In this document: positions 21,140 to 31,064 of the stretch, piece by piece
Numbering within the stretch: position 1 is the stretch's first letter
How the letters are laid out: every line of letters begins with the position of its first letter
Source: Gammaproteobacteria bacterium
GTDB lineage: Bacteria > Pseudomonadota > Gammaproteobacteria > Arenicellales > Poriferihabitantaceae
Direction: 5' to 3'
NCBI GenBank assembly: GCA_047639475.1
Contig: JBLIOD010000007.1
Span: 18,308-82,307, forward strand
Length of the DNA: 64,000 nt
Translations under genes and position numbers: made by a program
Notes under the pieces: model-generated
Database searches by the model: none
What the model was told of the DNA's origin: nothing
What the model saw: only the letters and a program-made list of their open reading frames with translations

Positions 21140-22099
21140 TTATCCGATAGTTGCCTCAGCTTGCTCATCAGCATGATAAGACGAACGAACCATTGCGCCT
21201 GAAGCGACATTTTGAAAGCCCAGGTTTTCAGCGACTTCTTTCAATTGAATGAACTCTTCAGGCGTATAGTATTTCTCGACAGCTAAGTGGTGACGACTAG
21301 GTTGTAGATACTGGCCCAAGGTCAACATGTCGATATCGTATTCGCGCATGTCTTTCATTACCTCGATGACTTCTGCTGTCGTCTCGCCAAGCCCAAGCAT
21401 AATTCCCGATTTGGTTGGCACGCCTGGCATATGTGCCTTCACGTCACGTAGTAATTCAAGTGACACGATGTAGTCTGCACCTGGTCGCGCTTGCTTATAT
21501 AAGCGTGGAACGGTTTCTAAATTGTGGTTAAAGACGTCCGGCGGATTCTCGGCCAGAATTTCAATGGCGTGCTCGCGCGTTCTGCCACGGAAGTCGGGCG
21601 TGAGTATTTCTACTTTAATACCAGGATTCAGTGCATGGGTTTCTTTAACGCATTGCATTATGTGCTCTGCTCCGCCATCACGTAAATCGTCGCGATTTAC
21701 GGAGGTGATCACCACATACTTTAAGCCCATTTTCTGTATGGTTTCGGCCAAATGCTTGGGCTCAGCTTCATCCAAAGGATTTGGCCTGCCGTGTGCGACA
21801 TCACAGAATGGACAGCGACGGGTGCAGATATCTCCCATTACCAGAAAGGTGGCAGTGCCTTTGCTGAAACACTCTCCCAAGTTTGGGCAAGCTGCTTCTT
21901 CACATACAGTATGTAATTTATTCTCTCGGAGTATTTTTTTAAGTGCGATGACTTCTGGTGTGCCCGGAAAACTGGCACGTATCCATTGCGGTTTCCTAAG
22001 TACTTTATCCCTAGGACGCGGCGCGATTTTTACGGGGATGCGTGCGGTCTTGGCTTCACCGCGTAATTTTTCGCCTTGAACGACTGAAGGTTGTTTCAT
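21140..22099 (-). CDS. lipA: Lipoyl synthase
   Basis: 319 aa with [12 protein letters not shown] and radical-SAM [10 protein letters not shown] cysteine motifs. Confidence 0.95.
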   Translation of the reverse strand: MKQPSVVQGEKLRGEAKTARIPVKIAPRPRDKVLRKPQWIRASFPGTPEVIALKKILRENKLHTVCEEAACPNLGECFSKGTATFLVMGDICTRRCPFCDVAHGRPNPLDEAEPKHLAETIQKMGLKYVVITSVNRDDLRDGGAEHIMQCVKETHALNPGIKVEILTPDFRGRTREHAIEILAENPPDVFNHNLETVPRLYKQARPGADYIVSLELLRDVKAHMPGVPTKSGIMLGLGETTAEVIEVMKDMREYDIDMLTLGQYLQPSRHHLAVEKYYTPEEFIQLKEVAENLGFQNVASGAMVRSSYHADEQAEATIG

Positions 22100-22133
22100 C
22101 GGTTTATCCTAATCTAATCAGAGTCAATGTGAA

Positions 22134-25007
22134 TTACTGGTGCTCGTCTTCATCTAAATACGATTCCATCGGCGGGCAAGAGCAGTTTAAATTCTTGTCG
22201 CCATAGATATTATCGATTCGGCCAACAGGAGGCCAGTATTTATTGTGTTTTAAACCCGGCATCGGAAAGAACGCCATCTTTCTAGAATAAGGGTGCTCCC
22301 AATCTTCGATGTCAATTAATTGATTGCTGTGCGGCGCATTCTTTAATGGATTATCTTCTTTGTCCATTGCGCCTTTTTCGATAAGGGCAATTTCTCCACG
22401 AATTGACAGCATCGCACGAATAAACCGATCAATCTCAGATTTGGGCTCGCTCTCTGTGGGTTCTATCATTAGTGAGTCATGTACTGGCCATGACATAGTC
22501 GGAGAATGAAAGCCATAGTCCATCAAGCGCTTGGCAATATCTTCCACCAAAATACCAGCAGAGTCTTTAAAGGCGCTGCAATCAATAATACATTCGTGAG
22601 CAACACGCCCTTTGTCGCCAGTATAGCGCACGGGGTAAGCCTCTTTAAGTGCGCTAGCAATGTAGTTGGAGTTTAATATCGCAACGCGGGTGGCTTTGCT
22701 TAAACCTTGACTGCCTAACATTTTAACATAAGCCCAAGAAATGGTCAGGATGAGCGGAGAACCCCAAGGCGCTGCCGACACTGAGCCAATAGGCATGGCA
22801 TTGTGCGAATCATTAACACCATCAACCAATACGTGGTCAGGCAAAAAGGGTGCAAGGTGTTTTTTAACACCAATAGGACCCATGCCCGGGCCGCCACCGC
22901 CGTGCGGAATGGCGAAGGTTTTGTGTAAATTGAGATGAGATACATCTCCCCCAATGTCCCCCGGGCGAACCAGACCAATCATCGCATTGAGATTTGCACC
23001 ATCTAGATAAACTTGGCCGCCATGGTTGTGAGTGATTTGGCATACTTCTTGCACACTAGACTCAAATACCCCGAACGTAGAGGGATAGGTGATCATCAGC
23101 GCGGCAAGTTCATTACTGTGCTTGTCGGCTTTTTCGTTCAAGTCATCTAAGTCAATATTGCCTTCGGGGGTGCACTGAATAATCACCACCTTCATACCAG
23201 CCATCACAGCGCTGGCAGGATTGGTGCCGTGGGCCGACGAGGGGATAAGGCATATGGTGCGCTGTGAGTCACCGCGTGAAATATGATATTTACGTATACA
23301 AAGCAAACCAGCATATTCACCCTGAGAGCCCGCATTAGGCTGCATTGACAGAGAATCGTAACCGGTGATTTCACACAAGTCTCGAGAAAGCTCGTCAATA
23401 ATGGTCTTGTAACCTTTGGCTTGGTCAACAGGCACAAAAGGATGTAGTTTGGCAAACCTTGGATTAGATACCGAATCCATTTCGGTTGCTGAATTCAACT
23501 TCATGGTGCATGAGCCTAGCGGGATCATCGACCGGGCTAGCGTGATGTCTTTTTGTGACAAGCCCCTTAAAAAGCGCATCATTGCCGTTTCATTGCGATA
23601 CTCGCTAAAAACCTGATGGCTGAAGTAAGCTGTTGTTCGCATTAAACTCTTGGGTATGCTCTGTGCAGGTGTTTGGTTATCTACGATATCTTGAGAGCGT
23701 CTAAACGGCGAAGCGAAGGCATCTACCAATGCGTTGATGTGCTTTTCTTTGTGTGTTTCATCTAGCGTAATGCTGACAGAGTCATTATCGATGAATCGGA
23801 TATTGATATCATTTTCTAAGGCGGCATTAACGGCGCGCCGTGCTTGTCCTGGCGCAGAAATCAGTAATGTATCGAAATAGTGATCATTCACCACATTAAC
23901 GTTTATCTGCTTTAGCTTGTCAGCCATTAACCGGGTGTTGTGATTGATACGCTGTGCGATACGTTTTACACCATTAGGGCCATGATACACGCAGTACAAA
24001 GCAGCGATGATCGCCAACAGTGCTTGTGCGGTGCAGATATTGCTGGTTGCCTTTTCTCGTCGTATATGTTGCTCGCGAGTTTGTAAGGCCATGCGGTAAG
24101 CCGGGTCACCTTGTGCGTCGATCGATAAACCGATTATTCGCCCCGGCACTGACCGTTTATGTTGGTCCATAGTGGCGAAGTAGGCAGCATGTGGTCCACC
24201 GTAGCCCATCGGTACGCCAAAACGTTGAGTGGTGCCAATGGCGATGTCTGCGCCCATCTCGCCTGGAGACTTTAATACAGCCAGTGCCATGACATCTGCG
24301 CCCATAGTCACCAAGCCTTTGGCGGCTTGCACGGCCGCTATTTCTTCACTGTAGTCATGAATGATCCCTGTAGAAGCAGGGTATTGAATGAATGCCCCAT
24401 AGACATCTTGATCGACAAGGTCCGTTTTTGGATTACCTAAAATAATTTCGATACCCATCGGCTCTGCGCGGGTCTGCATTACCGCGATAGTTTGCGGGTG
24501 GGCATCACTGTCGACAAAATAGACCATGCTTTTGTTCTTAGACAAACGCTTGGACATGGTCATTGCTTCTGCTGCCGCGGTGGCTTCATCTAGCATCGAA
24601 GCGTTGGCAATTTCCATGCCCGTTAAGTCCATCACCATTTGCTGGAAAATCATCAAGGCTTCTAGGCGACCTTGCGCAATTTCTGGTTGGTAAGGCGTGT
24701 ATGCTGTATACCAATCAGGGTTTTCTAATACATTTCTTCTGATCACCGACGGCAGTCTGGTACCGTGATATCCGCAGCCTATCATCGACACGTGCCGCTC
24801 ATTCTCGTTGGCCAATTTAGCCAATTTACGTAGCGCGTCATCTTCATTTAGCGGCGCGCCTACATTCGGATCGCCGCAGCGCGGCAAGGACGCAGGTATG
24901 GTTTGGTCGATTAATTGTTCCATCGATTCCAAGCCCAATGCTTCAAGCATTTCTTGGCGTTCTTGAGGGTTGGTTCCTAAATGTCGAGCTGAAAATGGCT
25001 GTGGCAT
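22134..25007 (-). CDS. gcvP: Glycine dehydrogenase (decarboxylating), single-chain P protein
   Basis: 957 aa, full-length P protein, with a NLHKTF PLP-lysine block. Confidence 0.95.
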   Translation of the reverse strand: MPQPFSARHLGTNPQERQEMLEALGLESMEQLIDQTIPASLPRCGDPNVGAPLNEDDALRKLAKLANENERHVSMIGCGYHGTRLPSVIRRNVLENPDWYTAYTPYQPEIAQGRLEALMIFQQMVMDLTGMEIANASMLDEATAAAEAMTMSKRLSKNKSMVYFVDSDAHPQTIAVMQTRAEPMGIEIILGNPKTDLVDQDVYGAFIQYPASTGIIHDYSEEIAAVQAAKGLVTMGADVMALAVLKSPGEMGADIAIGTTQRFGVPMGYGGPHAAYFATMDQHKRSVPGRIIGLSIDAQGDPAYRMALQTREQHIRREKATSNICTAQALLAIIAALYCVYHGPNGVKRIAQRINHNTRLMADKLKQINVNVVNDHYFDTLLISAPGQARRAVNAALENDINIRFIDNDSVSITLDETHKEKHINALVDAFASPFRRSQDIVDNQTPAQSIPKSLMRTTAYFSHQVFSEYRNETAMMRFLRGLSQKDITLARSMIPLGSCTMKLNSATEMDSVSNPRFAKLHPFVPVDQAKGYKTIIDELSRDLCEITGYDSLSMQPNAGSQGEYAGLLCIRKYHISRGDSQRTICLIPSSAHGTNPASAVMAGMKVVIIQCTPEGNIDLDDLNEKADKHSNELAALMITYPSTFGVFESSVQEVCQITHNHGGQVYLDGANLNAMIGLVRPGDIGGDVSHLNLHKTFAIPHGGGGPGMGPIGVKKHLAPFLPDHVLVDGVNDSHNAMPIGSVSAAPWGSPLILTISWAYVKMLGSQGLSKATRVAILNSNYIASALKEAYPVRYTGDKGRVAHECIIDCSAFKDSAGILVEDIAKRLMDYGFHSPTMSWPVHDSLMIEPTESEPKSEIDRFIRAMLSIRGEIALIEKGAMDKEDNPLKNAPHSNQLIDIEDWEHPYSRKMAFFPMPGLKHNKYWPPVGRIDNIYGDKNLNCSCPPMESYLDEDEHQ

Positions 25008-25052
25008 GGTCGGTTTAGATTGAAGTTAGTAGTGAAATTAAATAAAAAGGCT

Positions 25053-25430
25053 TTAGCTGACAGATTCTACAAACTCAGCATAAGCTGCTGCGTCCATTAA
25101 ATTATCAAATTCGCCTTCATCAGCAGGTTTTACTTTATACAGCCAGCCTTCGCCTTCTGGTGAAGAGTTGACTGTTTCAGGTGCATCTTCCAATACTTCG
25201 TTGACTTCAATGACTTCGCCAGAAACAGGTGACTTAATATCACCGGCTGCTTTAACTGATTCAACTACCGCGCATTCGTCGCCTTGTGTGACTTCGCCAC
25301 CTACATCAGGTGCTTCCACATAGACGATGTCGCCTAACTGCTCCTGTGCAAAGTTAGTAATTCCTACGGTTACAACGCCGCCGTCTAAAGTTGCCCACTC
25401 GTGGTCTTTGGTAAATTTTGTATTACTCAT
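25053..25430 (-). CDS. gcvH: Glycine cleavage system H protein
   Basis: 125 aa with the lipoyl-lysine motif VESVKAAGDIKSPVSGEV. Confidence 0.95.
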   Translation of the reverse strand: MSNTKFTKDHEWATLDGGVVTVGITNFAQEQLGDIVYVEAPDVGGEVTQGDECAVVESVKAAGDIKSPVSGEVIEVNEVLEDAPETVNSSPEGEGWLYKVKPADEGEFDNLMDAAAYAEFVESVS

Positions 25431-25445
25431 TTTGTTTCCTCTGGA

Positions 25446-26561
25446 TTAAATTCTATAAAAATTATTCTTAACGAAATCTGTTTTGCTAACTTCTGCTGGG
25501 TTTAGTTTACCCCTTACTTGTGCGTAGATGGTGGTGCCCAGTTTGCTATGGGCTTTAGTGACGTAGCCCATGGCAATAGGGTGTCCCAAGGTTGGACTAA
25601 ATCCGCCGCTGGTGATTTTACCAATTTCGTTACCTTCTTGGTCGGTGAGCAGAGTGCCTTCGCGCATGGGGGCGCGGCCAGCGGGTTTGATGCCTACCCG
25701 TTTGTGATCCACTTTGTTAGGCATTTGGGTTAGAACCGTATCGCTGCCAATGAAGCCACCTGCTCGGTCACCGCCTGTTCTTCGCACCGATGGTATGGCC
25801 CATGAGATAGCCGCTTCAACTGGGGTTGTCGTGGTGTCAATGTCATGGCCATATAAGCACATGCCGCCTTCTAGGCGTAAACTGTCGCGCGCACCTAAGC
25901 CTATCCATTCGCAGGCTTCGTGAGCTTGTAGTTGAGTGGCCAAAGCCAGTGCATCGTCATTATGAACTGAGATTTCAAAACCATCTTCGCCGCTATAGCC
26001 GCTTCGTGTAACGTAGCAGTCGGCGCCGTTTAAGGTAAGTTGCCAGCAATGCATAAATTCCATGCTGCTTAGATCATGGCCCATTTCTTCCAAAACAGTG
26101 TGCGCAGCAGGGCCTTGAATCGCAATTAAGGCCCTATCGTCCACGACCGTTAATACGGCATCACCTGTTAAGTGTGCATTGATATGTGCAAAGTCTTGAT
26201 TTTTACAAGCTGCATTTACCACCAACATGATTTTATCGCCCCAACGAGACACCATCAGGTCATCTTCTATACCCCCCTTTTCGTTGGTAAAAAAGCCGTA
26301 ACGTTGTTCACCATCTGTTAGATCGACGATATCGATTGGTATCAGCTTCTCTAACTCCCTGGCTGCGTCCTTTCCGGTGACCCAGGCTTGCCCCATGTGG
26401 GAAACGTCAAACAAGCCAGCAGCTTCGCGCGTATGTAAATGTTCTTTAAGCACACCTAAAGGGTATTGCACCGGCATGTTGTAGCCGGTGAAGGGCACCA
26501 TTTTGGCATCGTTTTCAATATGTAATGAGCTCAAAGCGGTTGAGAGTAAGGCTTCTGACAT
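25446..26561 (-). CDS. gcvT: Glycine cleavage system aminomethyltransferase T protein
   Basis: 371-aa GcvT-fold ORF (AGLFDVSHMG, YSGEDGFEIS blocks). First gene of the gcvT-H-P-lipA string. Confidence 0.92.
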   Translation of the reverse strand: MSEALLSTALSSLHIENDAKMVPFTGYNMPVQYPLGVLKEHLHTREAAGLFDVSHMGQAWVTGKDAARELEKLIPIDIVDLTDGEQRYGFFTNEKGGIEDDLMVSRWGDKIMLVVNAACKNQDFAHINAHLTGDAVLTVVDDRALIAIQGPAAHTVLEEMGHDLSSMEFMHCWQLTLNGADCYVTRSGYSGEDGFEISVHNDDALALATQLQAHEACEWIGLGARDSLRLEGGMCLYGHDIDTTTTPVEAAISWAIPSVRRTGGDRAGGFIGSDTVLTQMPNKVDHKRVGIKPAGRAPMREGTLLTDQEGNEIGKITSGGFSPTLGHPIAMGYVTKAHSKLGTTIYAQVRGKLNPAEVSKTDFVKNNFYRI

Positions 26562-26628
26562 GGCTATTTATTTGTTGTTGCTTATGATTTGCATCATTAT
26601 ATTTGATGAGCGAGAATAATTATAATGA

Positions 26629-26647
26629 ATAGTTAAAATTTGACTAT
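26629..26647. promoter_or_regulatory. Candidate LysR-type operator (ATAGT-N9-ACTAT)
   Basis: Perfect 5-bp inverted repeat with 9-bp spacer (ATAGTTAAAATTTGACTAT) in the divergent gcvT/lysR intergenic region. It fits the T-N11-A architecture. Confidence 0.3.
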
Positions 26648-26707
26648 TTATAAAACAAATAAAGTATAGTTGGATGAAATCAATGATAAATAACGCTGGC
26701 CGCGGCT

Positions 26708-27580
26708 ATGAGAAATTATCCTACTGAATTGCTACGAAGTTTCATTGCGGTACAAGATCACGGCGGCTTTAGTCTGGCTGCGGTGGCGGTGGGTAGATCA
26801 CAACCAGCTCTCTCATTACAGATAAAACGCTTGGAGACATTGGTGGGCAATGAACTGATTCGACGAACCAGTCGGGAAGTACAACTTACTGAAACGGGAG
26901 AGGTAGTGGCTACCTACGCTCGCCGAATTTTAGGACTGAATGATGAACTCACGTTTCGACTGGAAGAGTCTCAACTAAGTGGCACGGTTCGTTTAGGCAT
27001 ACCGAACGAATTCGCCATGTCATACCTACCCCAAATTTTAGGTGGGTTCTCTAAACGCTATCCTGATGTCAAGCTTGAGGTAGTAAGCCAATTATCTAGT
27101 GAATTATTGGATCAGCAGCGCGGTGAAAATTTGGATATTGTTATCGCCATTAATAAGGACCAAGTTTATGACCGTAAACCAGTCTGGTCTGATGATTTAG
27201 TTTGGGTTACTGGTAACGAGATTCCGGAAAACAGAAAAAGTGGTGTTGTCGCGCTGGTGGTGGCACCAGAAGGCTGTGTCTACCGCAGTAAGATGTTGGA
27301 AAGATTGAAAGAAGAAAAAATACCGTGGCGAATTGCCTACACGGGTACCAGCTATGGCGGCATTAGGGCTGCGGTAATGGCAGGCCTAGGCGTAACGGCA
27401 GTGGCGAGAAGCACGGTAGCCAATGAGTTGCAAGTGGTAAAACACTCCCTGCTATTGCCTAAACTAAGTAAGGTTGATGTACATTTGCATTACCTAAGTC
27501 GACAGCCAGCAGACTTAGTAGTACGTTTAGCCGAGTTCATACAGCAGAGTTTTGTGAGCGCTCCTATCAAAGGAACTTAA
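26708..27580 (+). CDS. LysR family transcriptional regulator
   Basis: 290 aa with an N-terminal wHTH (GGFSLAAVAVGRSQPALSLQIKRLE) and a LysR substrate-binding domain. Divergent from gcvT. Confidence 0.85.
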   Translation: MRNYPTELLRSFIAVQDHGGFSLAAVAVGRSQPALSLQIKRLETLVGNELIRRTSREVQLTETGEVVATYARRILGLNDELTFRLEESQLSGTVRLGIPNEFAMSYLPQILGGFSKRYPDVKLEVVSQLSSELLDQQRGENLDIVIAINKDQVYDRKPVWSDDLVWVTGNEIPENRKSGVVALVVAPEGCVYRSKMLERLKEEKIPWRIAYTGTSYGGIRAAVMAGLGVTAVARSTVANELQVVKHSLLLPKLSKVDVHLHYLSRQPADLVVRLAEFIQQSFVSAPIKGT

Positions 27581-27630
27581 AACATGACTGTTCCTTTTGT
27601 TGGTTTACCAGTTTGAAAGCCGGTGCAATA

Positions 27631-28566
27631 ATGCGGAACTCACGCCATCAATTACCCCCCCTAAATCCGCTGCCCGCATTTGAAGCTTCTGCGCGCCTGC
27701 TTAGCTTTACGTTAGCGGCTGAAGACTTGGGCGTTTCGCAAGCGGCGATTAGTCAGAGTATTAGTTCACTCGAAAAAAACTTGGGCCAAACGCTGTTTGA
27801 GCGTTCACCACGTAAAATTTCCCTAACCGGCTCAGGGCAACGGTTTCAACATGCTGTGACTGTGGCGCTTGATCTGATTGAAACATCTGCGGTGTCATTA
27901 AGAGGGCAGACTCCTTCAGAAGAGCTGGTGCTTGCTGCTGATGTATCGATGGCGCACCTTTGGCTGTTGCCACGATTTGGCTTTTTCCAAAAGGAGTTTC
28001 CAAATATCGAAGTATTGATTCTGGCGACTGACCGGGAGGAGGAGTGTTTGAGAGAGGGAGTAGACTTAGCCTTGTTATATGGAAATGGTAATTGGAAAGG
28101 CTACGATGCACACTTACTCATAAAGGAAGAGGTTTTTCCGATATGCAGTCCTGAATATATTAAACACAGGCCTCCAATTAACAAACCCGAGGATTTGCTC
28201 AACGAGACCTTGTTGGACCTTCAAGGGGTTCGCTGGGATTGGGTTGGTTGGCAAGCTTTGTTGGCCGGGAACGGTGTGACCTTAGGGGGCACAACTCAAA
28301 CTTATGGATTCAACAGTTTGCCACTGTTGACCCAAGCTGCTTTGTCAGGACAAGGAGTAGGTTTAGGTTGGGAATCGATGGTAGATGATCAACTTAAAGA
28401 TGGGTCTTTGGTTAAACCGGTTAATATTTCATTAAAAACTGGCCGCGGTTATTATGCGCTTAAGAAATCAAACCTAAGAATGTCACCGGAAGCCGAAATC
28501 CTGTTTGATTGGGTGATTCGAGCAAACCACAGCAATGTGGGCCCAGTGCTTGTAAAAGAGCTTTAA
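27631..28566 (+). CDS. LysR family transcriptional regulator (GcvA-like subfamily)
   Basis: LPPLNPLPAFEASARLLSFTLAAEDLGVSQAAISQSI is typical of GcvA/AmpR-like LysR proteins. I prefer the ATG at 27631 over the TTG at 27613. Confidence 0.8.
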   Translation: MRNSRHQLPPLNPLPAFEASARLLSFTLAAEDLGVSQAAISQSISSLEKNLGQTLFERSPRKISLTGSGQRFQHAVTVALDLIETSAVSLRGQTPSEELVLAADVSMAHLWLLPRFGFFQKEFPNIEVLILATDREEECLREGVDLALLYGNGNWKGYDAHLLIKEEVFPICSPEYIKHRPPINKPEDLLNETLLDLQGVRWDWVGWQALLAGNGVTLGGTTQTYGFNSLPLLTQAALSGQGVGLGWESMVDDQLKDGSLVKPVNISLKTGRGYYALKKSNLRMSPEAEILFDWVIRANHSNVGPVLVKEL

Positions 28567-28941
28567 TGGTCAAATGTTCGGTCACTTTTTTAAGTTTTAT
28601 TCTAATCGCACTCAATCTATGGATTAATTGAAGTTATAGCGGCGCAGATTTAACTAATGGATTGGTTTCCTAATTAAATCGTTTTATTACAAATGGATAA
28701 GTGTTTTATTAGTGTGGCTGCATAATCTAAAGCAGTGTATATAGGTAAGCGTAGCTTATGTTTGGCCCAAAACAGGATTGATTGGTATTAAATTGGGTGA
28801 GACCTAATTGATACCTAAGTGTTGTTAGACTCGGTGTACTGATGTACAGTTTGGCGTAGTAAGTCATTCTATCGATGGCCGAAATGTAAAATCTAAATCA
28901 GTACTAATTATTTCAATTAGTCAAAACTCGAGAGGAGAAAT

Positions 28942-29880
28942 ATGAATCGTAAAATTACTACAAGCATCGCCGTATTGGCGACATCTGGTTTTCTAGCTGC
29001 TGGCGCCGTAAACGCCGCTAGCGAAGAGCCAATTAAAATTGCTACTCACAACTGGTCAAGTCAGATTGTTATGGCACATGTTATGGGCAACATTTTTGAA
29101 AGTCTAGGCAATAACGTTGAGTATGTACCTTCTGACGTGCAAGCTTCTTATGAAGCTATTCGTGTGGGTGATATACACGTTCAACCAGAAGTTTGGCAGT
29201 CAACTATGCAAGCGCCTATGGACGTTGCGATGGAAAAAGGCGGAATCATTGATGCAGGTAGCCACAACACACGTACATTTGAAGAAATGGGTGTTCCAAA
29301 CTGGGTAATCGAAAAAGATTTATGCCCAGGTTTACCTAACTGGGAAGCGTTGAAGGATTGTTCTGCAAATTTCACTACACCTGATTCAGAAGGCAAAGGC
29401 CGTTGGTTAGAAGGCCCACAAAGCTGGCACGGTGACATCATGCCTAACCGCGTTAAAGGTTTAGGTCTTGATGATAAGTGGACTGTTAAGTTTGCTGGTG
29501 CGGCTGACGCGCTTTGGGCGGAACTAAAAGCAGCAGAAAAAGAAGGTCGCGGTACGATCATCTTTAACTGGTCTCCAAACTTCACTGATGCAGCGGGTTT
29601 CACATTCATCGAATTCCCTCCTTACACTGACGGTTGTCGTGTAGCGGATGGCGGCGACGGCGCATGTGGTTCTCCTGATGGTTGGTTGAAGAAGGTCGCT
29701 CACTATAAGCTACCTAAAACTCACCCATCTGCTTACCGTGCATTGTCTAAGCTAGCATTTACCGCAACTCACATCGGCCAAATGGCTGCAATGGTTGACG
29801 TAGACGGCTTAACTCACTCGGACGCTGGTGCTAAGTGGGTAGCTGACAACGAAGCTGTATGGCAGGCAATGATCAACTAA
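28942..29880 (+). CDS. tmoX: Glycine betaine-family periplasmic binding protein, putative TMAO-binding TmoX
   Basis: 312 aa with a signal peptide (AVLATSGFLAAGAVNAA), a good RBS (GAGAGGAGAAATATG) and a betaine-family binding-protein (OpuAC-like) fold. It lies in an operon with an ABC ATPase/permease and a DUF1989-GcvT fusion (tdm), as described for tmoXWV-tdm in marine bacteria. Confidence 0.65.
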   Translation: MNRKITTSIAVLATSGFLAAGAVNAASEEPIKIATHNWSSQIVMAHVMGNIFESLGNNVEYVPSDVQASYEAIRVGDIHVQPEVWQSTMQAPMDVAMEKGGIIDAGSHNTRTFEEMGVPNWVIEKDLCPGLPNWEALKDCSANFTTPDSEGKGRWLEGPQSWHGDIMPNRVKGLGLDDKWTVKFAGAADALWAELKAAEKEGRGTIIFNWSPNFTDAAGFTFIEFPPYTDGCRVADGGDGACGSPDGWLKKVAHYKLPKTHPSAYRALSKLAFTATHIGQMAAMVDVDGLTHSDAGAKWVADNEAVWQAMIN

Positions 29881-29920
29881 TCTTGTATAAGGTATAAGTA
29901 ATATTATTATATCTACTAAG

Positions 29921-29958
29921 ATCTCCCTTGGCCTATACTGTCAAGGGAGATTTTTTTT
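29921..29958 (+). terminator. Intra-operon hairpin/terminator after tmoX
   Basis: Perfect 10-bp stem ATCTCCCTTG / CAAGGGAGAT with an 11-nt loop followed by a T8 run. Confidence 0.75.
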
Positions 29959-29994
29959 CCTCCCATCAATTTAGCATTCTACAAATATAAACCT

Positions 29995-31050
29995 ATGTCT
30001 TCTGAAACAACGAACCAAGAAAAACGCGAAGTGGTTATCGAGTGTAAATCTGTTTATAAAGTTTTTGGCGAAGATCCCGAAAAAAGATTACGTGAAGCAA
30101 ACGGCGTTGTAGATGCGAAAGCATTTCAGGAAGCAGGTTATATTGTGGGAGTAAATGACGCCAATTTTGAAGTTCATAAAGGCGAAATGTTGGTTATTAT
30201 GGGTTTATCTGGTTCAGGTAAATCAACGCTGCTTCGGTGTATATCACGGTTAGGTGATCCCACGTCGGGCACCATTCTTATAGATGGTGAAGATATTACC
30301 GCTATGAATCCCAAGCAATTAATGGAAATTAGGCGTAACAAAATGGGCATGGTTTTCCAAAACTTTGCTTTGTTACCGCATAAGACAGTATTAGAGAACA
30401 TCGCTTTCCCGCTGCAAGTAAAGGGGGTTAGCACCAAAGAGAGCATCGCAAGAGCGATGGAAATGGTGGAACTAGTGGGCTTAACCACTCGCGAAAATTA
30501 TTTCCCAAGAGAATTATCAGGCGGCCAACAACAACGTGTCGGGATAGCGCGATCACTCGCTGTTGAGCCCGACATTTGGTTTTTGGACGAACCTTTTTCA
30601 GCACTTGACCCACTTATCCGTAAAGAAATGCAGGATGAGTTTTTAAGGTTGCAGAATATGCTGCAAAAAACCATCTTATTCGTTACGCACGATTTTGATG
30701 AAGCATTGCGCTTAGCTGACCGCGTTGCCATTATGAAAGACGGTATCATTGAGCAGCTAGATACTCCAGCAAATATTGTATTAAACCCTGCAACAGAGTA
30801 CGTTAATAAATTTACTGCTGAAATTCCTCGGGAGAAAGTGCTGAAAATTAAATCAGTTATGGATCCGGTTGACAGCTCTGAAAAAGTACGTGATTTAAAA
30901 GTTTCTCAGGATGCGGTTATTGCAACTGTCGCTGAAGCAGTGTTAAGTAGCAAAGACTCGGTTGCGGTCGTCGATGAAGACAATAACGTAGTGGGTACCC
31001 TACACCCTGCTAAAGTACTTAAGGTCTTGTTTGGACATAATGAAGCGTAA
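29995..31050 (+). CDS. tmoV: ABC transporter ATP-binding protein (ProV/OpuAA-like), putative TmoV
   Basis: 351 aa with Walker A GLSGSGKST, signature LSGGQQQRV, Walker B IWFLDEPFSALD and a C-terminal CBS-like tail. Confidence 0.7.
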   Translation: MSSETTNQEKREVVIECKSVYKVFGEDPEKRLREANGVVDAKAFQEAGYIVGVNDANFEVHKGEMLVIMGLSGSGKSTLLRCISRLGDPTSGTILIDGEDITAMNPKQLMEIRRNKMGMVFQNFALLPHKTVLENIAFPLQVKGVSTKESIARAMEMVELVGLTTRENYFPRELSGGQQQRVGIARSLAVEPDIWFLDEPFSALDPLIRKEMQDEFLRLQNMLQKTILFVTHDFDEALRLADRVAIMKDGIIEQLDTPANIVLNPATEYVNKFTAEIPREKVLKIKSVMDPVDSSEKVRDLKVSQDAVIATVAEAVLSSKDSVAVVDEDNNVVGTLHPAKVLKVLFGHNEA

Positions 31051-31064
31051 CCAGGACTCATCAA

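Noticed and set aside
26562-26707. Possible glycine riboswitch in the gcvT leader
   Set aside because: The leader (read on the minus strand) is very AT-rich. It lacks the conserved GGAGAG...CACCG-type cores and paired-aptamer structure of the gcvT motif. Control by the adjacent LysR/GcvA-like regulators is more plausible. An Rfam scan would settle it.
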